Below, in pieces: positions 10,234 to 17,626 of a stretch of 50,252 nt of DNA. Positions within the stretch are counted from its first letter, which is position 1, and each line of letters opens with the position of its first letter. The position numbers were made by a program, and so were the translations under genes. Below the pieces are notes generated by a model, which was not told where the DNA came from, did no database searches, and saw only the letters and a program-made list of their open reading frames with translations. The stretch is from assembly GCA_964432185.1 (NCBI GenBank), contig CAYSNA010000001.1, positions 1-50,252 of the forward strand, given 5' to 3'. This DNA is from an uncultured Cytophagia bacterium. Lineage in GTDB: Bacteria > Zhuqueibacterota > Zhuqueibacteria > Residuimicrobiales > Krinioviventaceae.

Positions 10234-13200
10234 ATGAATAAAGTACACAAGATATTCACTTTAGCGCTGATCCTGACGCTTGGCGTCCTGGTGACCAGCG
10301 CCAATGTCGGATTCGCCGATAAACGGATCGGCGCCGGCGTTGATAATTTACAAAAAGCGGCCGAGTTTCAGCACGCACAGTTCGACGGCAACACCATTGC
10401 CAACTGGCTGGCTAATGATGGTCTGATCGTATCACACCGTAAAACCGGCAACTCGGGTATGGAATGGCCGAAAGGCAGCGGCAAGACGATCGACTATGCC
10501 TCTGGTTTCTGGCTCGCCGGCAAATCCCCGGATGGCGACATCCGATCTGCCGTGGCTGAATATGCGTCCGAATATGTTCCCGGCCCTTACGGCTCTGATC
10601 CGGACGATCCGGCAAACCGCATCTACATCATCAATAGTGACGGCACCGGCGACTGGGCTGTATGGCCAGCAGATCAAGGCGCCCCGGTCAATGATGACGG
10701 ATCCCCCAAACTCATCGGCGACCAGACCATGTTCTGGGTAATGAACGACGGCAATGCGGAACAGCACGCCAATGTCTGGTCGACAAAACCCATGGGCGTA
10801 GAAGTTCGTTGTACGGTCTTTGGTTTCAACAAGACAGATCCGCTCGGAAATGTTATGTTCATGCAGTTTGAGCTCATCAATCAGGGCGGCACGACTCTGG
10901 ATTCCTGCTACGTCGGCCTCTGGGATGATCCCGATTTGGGTGACGCGTCGGACGATCTCGTTGCTTGCGACACAACCCTGAGCCTGGGATATTGCTATAA
11001 TGGCGGCCCGGTTGATGCTACCTACGGCACCACGCCACCGGCCATTGGCATGGACTTTTTCCAGGGCCCGGAAGTGCCGATCGGCAGCGGCAACTATTTG
11101 CCGATGACCTCTTTTTCTTACTATTGGAACGGCGCGCCGGATCCGTATGGCGATCCCGAAGACGCTATCCAGGGCTACAATTTCTTGAGAGGCTTTTTGA
11201 GCGATGGGTCCCAACTTTTGGATCATGAAGGTAATCCGACCAAGTTTGCCTTTGCCGGCGATCCGGTATCCGGTGCCGGGCATCTCGACGCTACGCCTGC
11301 TGACCGCCGTTTTCTCATGGCCTCGGGTCCGTTTACATTAAATCCGGGCGATCGTCAGGTCATTGTCGGTTCAAAAATTATTGCTCCCGGAACGGATAAC
11401 CTGAGCTCCATCGTAGCACTTCGATTCTTTGACTCGTTTGCGCAAAATGCATTCGATAATGATTTTAATCTGCCGCAACCTCCGCCGCCGACAGCTTCGG
11501 TGACGAATCTTGACGAACTGATTGTTCTCAGTTGGCAGGATGATGCAGCTAAATTCGAAACGATCGAAACCTACGAATTCAGCGGTTATCAGTTTGAAGG
11601 TTACAACGTGTATCAAGGTGAATCCCAAGCCGGTCCGTGGAAACGTATCGCCACCTTCGACGCTGTCAATGACTACGGTATTGTTTTTGACAACGTCTTT
11701 GATGTGACGACCGGCCTTGTGCTCGAATCCCCGGTCGCTTTTGGCGCGAATACCGGTATCACGCGCAATTTCACCATTGATAAAGATTATATCACTGGAC
11801 TGCCGCTGTACAACAACAAGCATTACTACTTTGCTGTCACATCCTACGCTGTTAATCCGGATGTGTCTCCCAAGATTGCTGAAAGCGGTCGTCTGGTGCT
11901 CATCTCGGCGCCCGGCAAAGAGCCTCTTGGTGAACAAACGACGGTGGCGCACGGCGATATGATCGATGGTGAACATACAAGCGGACCGAGCAATGGTCGT
12001 CTTGAAGTTATGGTCGTTGATCCGACGGCGGTAACGAATCACACCTACCAGATTACCTTCGAAGATTTGGAAGGTGGTTCGTCCCAGTGGTATGTTTGGG
12101 ATCAAACAACGGGTGAACAGCTCGGCGGTCCCTACACCAACCAGGAAGGCGGCGAAGATTATCCGATTTTTGATGGTTTGAAATTCTACATTTACGGCGC
12201 TCCGCTGGACTTTGCCGGCAGTGGCAATGGTATCGTTGAAACCCATTTTGCCGGTGCTCGGTTAACTGAAGCTCAATATGACGCTGCCGGCGCTGAATAC
12301 GGCGGTAACAAAGTATGGCACAGCTTGAACGTTGCCAACGATGTGATGCGCTATTACCTCAGCGCCACGGGTTCTGCCGGCATCGATCGTCTCTCCCGTT
12401 GGATCAGCTTTGCTGTTCCGTTCGATTTTGAACTTCGTTTTACCGATGGCGGCGGTTACGGCGTCCATGCGTTTGAAAATGATATGATTTGTACAGTTCC
12501 TTTCGAAATTTGGAACATTGGTTCGGCAACGCCGGATGATGTGTCCGATGATTACCGAATGGTTCCATTTGTTTTGCAATCCGGCGATGAAACCCTGACG
12601 GCCTGGGGTTGGAATACGGGTACTGATGCTTACTTTGGTTATCCCGCGTCCGACGCCATTTACTGGATGATTCCGGAAGGTGTTGACGGCTATGACAAAT
12701 TCGAGCAGAAATGTATCGAAGCCGGCGGCGCCGGCGCCACCTACGCCTACTGGGATGCTGACGGCCATCCGACAGACGGTTCCAGCTTTGGCTATTGGAC
12801 CGATCAGTCTGCAGGATTCGTCTACCCGATCGGTCGTTTGATGGTTTGTGAGTTTACCGAAACCGGCAATCCTCCGCCCAGCGGCACGATTGTTCGACTC
12901 TATACGACCAAACCAAACTCTTCAAAGGATGTCTTTGAAGTTCAAGCGCCCGAATATTTGGTTAGCTCCAGCATTGCCAAAGAAAACCTTGAAAATATCA
13001 ACATCGTTCCGAATCCTTACTGGGCATGGAGCCCGAATGAAACGCAGCCAACAACGCGTATCATTCGCGTAACCAACCTGCCGAAAGAAGGCGCAACGAT
13101 TCGCATTTTCGACCTCGCGGGTAACTTGGTCCGCGTGATCAACGATAGTGATCGTGAAGCTCAGGGTACCCTCGGTACACCTATGGCGCAATGGGATGCC

Positions 13201-13326
13201 CGTAACGCAGCCGATGTTCCGGTTGCCAGCGGTGTCTACCTGGTTCATGTTGAAGTTGAAGGTGTCGGTGAAAAAGTTCTCAAACTGGCAATAGTCAACC
13301 GGGATGAGCGTTTGATCTATTACTAG
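10234..13326 (+). CDS. 1030-aa secreted protein of unknown function with FN3-like segment and T9SS-type C-terminal sorting domain
   Basis: SD GAAGGAG and a signal peptide ending VGFA. FN3-like stretch around 11470-11760 (PPPPTASVTNL..LSWQ..YEFSGYQFEGYNVYQG..GPWKRI). C-terminal tail NIVPNPY...IRIFDLAGNLVRVI...ASGVYLVHVEVEGVGEKVLKLAIV resembles the Por secretion tail / FlgD-Ig-like fold. Confidence 0.8.
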   Translation: MNKVHKIFTLALILTLGVLVTSANVGFADKRIGAGVDNLQKAAEFQHAQFDGNTIANWLANDGLIVSHRKTGNSGMEWPKGSGKTIDYASGFWLAGKSPDGDIRSAVAEYASEYVPGPYGSDPDDPANRIYIINSDGTGDWAVWPADQGAPVNDDGSPKLIGDQTMFWVMNDGNAEQHANVWSTKPMGVEVRCTVFGFNKTDPLGNVMFMQFELINQGGTTLDSCYVGLWDDPDLGDASDDLVACDTTLSLGYCYNGGPVDATYGTTPPAIGMDFFQGPEVPIGSGNYLPMTSFSYYWNGAPDPYGDPEDAIQGYNFLRGFLSDGSQLLDHEGNPTKFAFAGDPVSGAGHLDATPADRRFLMASGPFTLNPGDRQVIVGSKIIAPGTDNLSSIVALRFFDSFAQNAFDNDFNLPQPPPPTASVTNLDELIVLSWQDDAAKFETIETYEFSGYQFEGYNVYQGESQAGPWKRIATFDAVNDYGIVFDNVFDVTTGLVLESPVAFGANTGITRNFTIDKDYITGLPLYNNKHYYFAVTSYAVNPDVSPKIAESGRLVLISAPGKEPLGEQTTVAHGDMIDGEHTSGPSNGRLEVMVVDPTAVTNHTYQITFEDLEGGSSQWYVWDQTTGEQLGGPYTNQEGGEDYPIFDGLKFYIYGAPLDFAGSGNGIVETHFAGARLTEAQYDAAGAEYGGNKVWHSLNVANDVMRYYLSATGSAGIDRLSRWISFAVPFDFELRFTDGGGYGVHAFENDMICTVPFEIWNIGSATPDDVSDDYRMVPFVLQSGDETLTAWGWNTGTDAYFGYPASDAIYWMIPEGVDGYDKFEQKCIEAGGAGATYAYWDADGHPTDGSSFGYWTDQSAGFVYPIGRLMVCEFTETGNPPPSGTIVRLYTTKPNSSKDVFEVQAPEYLVSSSIAKENLENINIVPNPYWAWSPNETQPTTRIIRVTNLPKEGATIRIFDLAGNLVRVINDSDREAQGTLGTPMAQWDARNAADVPVASGVYLVHVEVEGVGEKVLKLAIVNRDERLIYY

Positions 13327-13387
13327 AATCAATGCCAATCCGTAACCGATTATTGTCTGTATGAATCAAACGAGAAAGGAACTTGCA

Positions 13388-14446
13388 ATGAAATATAAAG
13401 GGTTCTTCATAATTTTAATGGCATGCCTCTTGTTATTGACAAGTACGCATGTGTTCGCCGGCACCGGAAAGCGAATCGCGACCGCCGGCGCAACGGAATT
13501 GCTTATCCCGGTAGGCGCCCGCGGAACCGCTCTCGGCGGCGCCAATATGGCCAATGTGTCTGGTATTGAGGCGATGTATTGGAATCCCGCTGGTATGGCG
13601 CTGAGCACCTCCACCGCGGACGCTATGCTCTCCTACCAAAACTGGATCGGTGACATGAACGTGACCTACCTCGCCGCCGCAGCGCAAATGGGCGCCATCG
13701 GTAGCCTGGGTCTCAGCTTGAAAACGCTCGATTTTGGCGACATTATGGAAACAACCGTCGACAATCCCGAAGGTACGGGCTCGGTCTTTTCACCGTCTTA
13801 TTTGACCCTTGGTGTAACCTATAGCCGTAAAATGACTGACCGTATTCTGTTTGGCGCGACGATGAAAATCGTCTCGGAAAAAATCATGAGCACCTCGGCA
13901 ACGGGTGTCGGCTTTGATTTTGGTTTGCAGTACGTCAGCCCGGTCAATGGTCTGAAACTTGGCGTTGCCATGACCAACTACGGCAGCAATATGAAATTCG
14001 ACGGCAATAACCTGGAACGCCGCGTTATCATGCCCGGCACCGAATCCGGCGCGGTACAAACATCCGTAGCTATTCCTCCGGCCACGTTTGAAATGCCGTC
14101 GCAGTTGAAAATCGGTGTGTCTTATGCTCTCGGTTTCGGCGAAGATTTTGGCGCGGATATCATGGGCACGTTTGTCAACAATGCCTATGCTTACGATCAA
14201 TACATTCTCGGCGCCGAACTGGATTTCAAAGGATTGGTCTTTGCTCGTGCATCCTACTCCTTGGCTTACAAAGAAGGTCTGGATGACGACGGTTTCGTCT
14301 CTTCAAACGAAGACTATCTCTTTGGCCCGGCTTTCGGCTTTGGTATCAAATTCGGCAAATCCATTCCGCTGACTTTGGACTATGCCTATCAGGTGACCGA
14401 GTTCTTTGACGATGCTCAATGGTTCTGCTTGTCTGTCGGTTTTTAA
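13388..14446 (+). CDS. PorV/PorQ-family-like outer membrane beta-barrel protein
   Basis: Start moved to the ATG at 13388 (SD GAAAGGA; signal peptide ending HVFA). N-terminal signature ATAGATELLIPVGARGTALGGANMANVSGIEAMYWNPAGMA is typical of PorV/PorQ-like barrels. Alternating beta-strand pattern, C-terminal aromatic residue (SVGF). Confidence 0.7.
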   Translation: MKYKGFFIILMACLLLLTSTHVFAGTGKRIATAGATELLIPVGARGTALGGANMANVSGIEAMYWNPAGMALSTSTADAMLSYQNWIGDMNVTYLAAAAQMGAIGSLGLSLKTLDFGDIMETTVDNPEGTGSVFSPSYLTLGVTYSRKMTDRILFGATMKIVSEKIMSTSATGVGFDFGLQYVSPVNGLKLGVAMTNYGSNMKFDGNNLERRVIMPGTESGAVQTSVAIPPATFEMPSQLKIGVSYALGFGEDFGADIMGTFVNNAYAYDQYILGAELDFKGLVFARASYSLAYKEGLDDDGFVSSNEDYLFGPAFGFGIKFGKSIPLTLDYAYQVTEFFDDAQWFCLSVGF

Positions 14447-14469
14447 TCTGATGTAATTTTCTGATTCAA

Positions 14470-14510
14470 GGGTTGGTCCCGCTTTAAACGGGATCAACCC
14501 TTTTTTATTT
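14470..14510 (+). terminator. Rho-independent terminator after the three-gene module
   Basis: GGGTTGGTCCCG (14470-14481) pairs with CGGGATCAACCC (14489-14500) with one G-U, followed by TTTTTTATTTT. Confidence 0.85.
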
Positions 14511-14582
14511 TGTGGGATTTTCAACAAAACATCCTTGCTTTTGAGCCGTACAAAATCTTATCTTTCATCGTTAATTCTCTAA

Positions 14583-14662
14583 GACAAAGACACCAAGCCT
14601 CAAAGAATCACAAAAGCCGTTTTTTTATGTGGTGCGCTTTGCGTTTTTGTGCCTTTGTGTTA
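14583..14662. repeat. Imperfect palindromic intergenic element carrying CACAAAG / CTTTGTG-type heptamers
   Basis: Left arm GACAAAGACACCAAGCCTCAAAGAATCACAAAAGCC. Right arm GTGGTGCGCTTTGCGTTTTTGTGCCTTTGTGTT. The outer 10 nt pair 9/10 (ACAAAGACAC versus GTGCCTTTGT). Confidence 0.45.
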
Positions 14663-14697
14663 AATTCTGTTAAACTGATCGCATAAGGACAATTGTC

Positions 14698-16077
14698 ATG
14701 CAAAAGATAACTCGATATCTTGTAATCATCATGCTGATGTCGTTTGCACTTGCTGCCCAGGACCTGCGCGTCAGCGTCGATTGGGCTGTTTTTGACGGCG
14801 ATGCTGACAACGCCTATCTGGAAATTTATTACAGCTTTGGTCAAGCCGATTTGAATTTTGCGCCTTCGGAAAAGGGCTTTACCGCAACGACGCTTGGGCA
14901 GTTTGTCATCAAACAAAACGATGTTGTCGTCAAAGAGTTTGCCTGGAAAACAGAAACCGTTATTGCAGATACGGCCGAGTTGTCGCAGCAAAAAGAGGTG
15001 GTCGACCGCATGGCCTTTGTCATCCCGATTGGCGAGTTTGATTGCCAAATGACCCTGACCGATCTGGTGGACAACACCAATGTGGACAGCACCCAGTGGA
15101 GACTCACGACAAGTGCGCCCGTGACCGGAGCGCATCTCTCCGAAATTCAGCTCGCGTCGTCCATCCGGCGGGCCGGTGATGACACGAATTCGCCGTTTTA
15201 TAAAAACAGTCTCATTGTTGAACCGAATCCGAGCCTCATTTTTAGTTACGACAAACCGGCGCTTTTTTATTATCTCGAAGCCTACAACCTTTCCGCGGAT
15301 GCCCTGCCCAACGGTTATTTTCTCAACGCTTATGTCAACGACGCGGACGGCAAAATGGTGCAGGACATCAAACCGAAACTGGTCGCCAAAAAACGCGTCG
15401 TCAATCCGAGCGTCGAGTTTGGCATGCTGAGCGTCGGCGAGTTGACGACCGGTAGTTATACGCTGGTCGTCGAAATTCTTGACGCGGATAAAAATGTCCA
15501 AACCTGGCAAAAGAAAAAGTTTTATACCCTGCAAAAAGAGGCCTTTCAGCCGCAGGGTCTTGTGGTTCAGGGCGCTACGTTTGAAAACAGCATTTTCTCC
15601 ATTCTCGATTCAGCGGATATCGAAATGGAATACCAGATGGTGTTTTATATCCTCGGCAAGGAAGAAAGCATCCTGCACCGGGAATTGTCCGATTTGCCCG
15701 GCAAGCGGCGTTTCCTGTTTAACTTCTGGCAATCCAAATATCCAACTATGAATGTGAACGATAATCCGCAGCGCAATCAATATTTTAATTTGAAGCGGAT
15801 TGCCGATGAACGCTACAATGCGTTCAAACTCCCCGGCTGGATGACCGACCGCGGCCGCGTCCTCATGGTGTACGGCGAGCCGGATGATGTTGAGCGCTTT
15901 ATCAATCAGCCAAACCAGCACCCCCATGAAGTGTGGTTTTATAATCGCTTGCAAGGAGGTGTGCGCTTTATTTTTGCCGATCTTGAAGGACATAAAAATT
16001 ATCGGCTCATCCATTCCGAGCTGGACGGCGAAGTCTATGATCCCAATTACAGGGACGTGTTGCAGCGCGGCTATTAA
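14698..16077 (+). CDS. GWxTD domain-containing secreted protein
   Basis: Signal peptide MLMSFALAAQ. C-terminal motif PGWMTDRGRVLMVYGEPDDVERF...HEVWFY matches the GWxTD domain pattern. Confidence 0.82.
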   Translation: MQKITRYLVIIMLMSFALAAQDLRVSVDWAVFDGDADNAYLEIYYSFGQADLNFAPSEKGFTATTLGQFVIKQNDVVVKEFAWKTETVIADTAELSQQKEVVDRMAFVIPIGEFDCQMTLTDLVDNTNVDSTQWRLTTSAPVTGAHLSEIQLASSIRRAGDDTNSPFYKNSLIVEPNPSLIFSYDKPALFYYLEAYNLSADALPNGYFLNAYVNDADGKMVQDIKPKLVAKKRVVNPSVEFGMLSVGELTTGSYTLVVEILDADKNVQTWQKKKFYTLQKEAFQPQGLVVQGATFENSIFSILDSADIEMEYQMVFYILGKEESILHRELSDLPGKRRFLFNFWQSKYPTMNVNDNPQRNQYFNLKRIADERYNAFKLPGWMTDRGRVLMVYGEPDDVERFINQPNQHPHEVWFYNRLQGGVRFIFADLEGHKNYRLIHSELDGEVYDPNYRDVLQRGY

Positions 16078-16094
16078 AAGCGTCATTAAAAAAA

Positions 16095-16121
16095 AGCCCG
16101 GCGATAAAGCCGGGCTTTTTT
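16095..16121. terminator. Rho-independent terminator (A-tract / stem / T-tract, bidirectional shape)
   Basis: AGCCCGGC (16095-16102) pairs perfectly with GCCGGGCT (16109-16116). It is preceded by AAAAAAAA and followed by TTTTTT. Confidence 0.85.
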
Positions 16122-16286
16122 GTTGGATTAATGGCTTTATTTTGTTAGGTTTGAATCGCAATCAAAATTCAACCGGATAACAGGTATCATCCCGGCAAAG
16201 ACCATCTGGATTATTATCACCAGTTTTCAATATTTGATTTATGCGTTTAATCAGTTTAAAGAAATAAATAGAAAGGAAATGATATT

Positions 16287-17393
16287 ATGTCTAAACACTT
16301 TTATCTTCCGCTTGATACCCTAAAGAAATTTGAAAAAGATGTTTTTGCTGCGCTCGGGATGCCTGAAGACGAAGCTGAAATTTGCGCCGACGTGCTGAAT
16401 GCAGCCGATCGCCGCGGCATCGACTCGCATGGCGTTGGTCGCCTCAAACCAATTTATTATGATCGCATCGTCAAGTTCAAGGTGCAGGAGGCGACTACGG
16501 ATTTTGTCGTTGAAAAAGATATGGCCGCCACCGCGGTTGTTAATGGCAATAACGGTATGGGATTTGTCGTCGCCAAACGCGCGATGGACATGGCGATTGA
16601 AAAGGCGAAAACCTATGGCATCGGTATGGTCATCGCCAAAAATTCAACGCACTTTGGTATCGCGGCCTATTATCCCATGATGGCCTGCGATCATGGGATG
16701 ATAGGCCTGTGCGGTACCAATGCCCGCCCGTCCACTGCGCCGACCTGGGGCGTGGAAAATATGCTCGGCACCAATCCCCTGGTTTTTGCTGTGCCGACGG
16801 ATGAACCGTTTCATTTTACCAATGATTATGCAACCTCCACCGCGCAGCGCGGCAAAATTGAACAATACGCCCGCGAAGGCAAAACCATGCCGCCCGGATG
16901 GGTTGTCGGAGCTGATGGTCAAACAAAAACCAATCCCGACGAAGTCCTGGTTGATTTGACGCAAGGCACGGCGGCGCTCACACCCGTTGGCGGTATTGGC
17001 GAGGAACTTGGCGGTCACAAAGGTTACGGCTACGCGACCGTGGTCGAGCTGCTCTCGGCCGGCTTGCAATTGGGCCCGTTTTTAAAGGCGCTCAACGGCG
17101 ATGAAAACGGTAAAAAAGTTCCCATCCTGCTTGGCCATTTTTTCATCGCGATTAACATTGCCCATTTTGCCGACGTTGATGAGGTGAAAAAACAGATGGG
17201 CGATATTCTGCGGTCATTGCGACATTCCAAAAAAGCCGAGGATGCCGAACGCATTTACACTCATGGCGAAAAGGAATATCTGCACTCGCTGGAACGCGCC
17301 AAAACCGGCGTGCCCTTGCCGCAAGTCGTGTGCGATCAGCTGAGCCAAATGCGCGATGAGCTTGGACTGGATTACACGTTTGAGTGGGATTAG
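16287..17393 (+). CDS. Ldh_2-family oxidoreductase (type-2 malate/L-lactate/sulfolactate dehydrogenase family)
   Basis: SD GAAAGGAAA. Motifs RRGIDSHGVGRL, NGNNGMGF, GGHKGYGYA are typical of the Ldh_2 family. Substrate cannot be assigned. Confidence 0.8.
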   Translation: MSKHFYLPLDTLKKFEKDVFAALGMPEDEAEICADVLNAADRRGIDSHGVGRLKPIYYDRIVKFKVQEATTDFVVEKDMAATAVVNGNNGMGFVVAKRAMDMAIEKAKTYGIGMVIAKNSTHFGIAAYYPMMACDHGMIGLCGTNARPSTAPTWGVENMLGTNPLVFAVPTDEPFHFTNDYATSTAQRGKIEQYAREGKTMPPGWVVGADGQTKTNPDEVLVDLTQGTAALTPVGGIGEELGGHKGYGYATVVELLSAGLQLGPFLKALNGDENGKKVPILLGHFFIAINIAHFADVDEVKKQMGDILRSLRHSKKAEDAERIYTHGEKEYLHSLERAKTGVPLPQVVCDQLSQMRDELGLDYTFEWD

Positions 17394-17434
17394 CCCCATT
17401 TTCAACTCGACTGCTCATCGGTAAAATTCCTAAG

Positions 17435-17524
17435 CCACGAAGCGATCAAAGAAGCCGGAAAAAGTATTTTGCCTAAAAGGCAAAAAAATCAAGACGTCCC
17501 GTCGTCGGCCCGAGTCCTTCGTGG
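17435..17524. repeat. About 90-nt intergenic element bounded by 8-bp inverted repeats CCACGAAG / CTTCGTGG with an internal hairpin
   Basis: CCACGAAG at 17435-17442 and CTTCGTGG at 17517-17524. Internal perfect stem TTTTGCCT (17467-17474) / AGGCAAAA (17478-17485). Confidence 0.45.
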
Positions 17525-17626
17525 TTTGGAATTATATTTAAAAAATGACTTTTCTGATTTTTCTAATAAAAATTTGTTTATAATTCGGCTACATTGAAAT
17601 TTGTATTTTGTTTTTCAGAGAACACG

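Noticed and set aside
17467-17485. Hairpin TTTTGCCT-AAA-AGGCAAAA considered as the terminator of the Ldh_2 gene.
   Set aside because: On the + strand the stem is followed by an A-run, not a T-run. The polarity fits only the minus strand, where no gene ends. It is treated as part of the repeat element instead.
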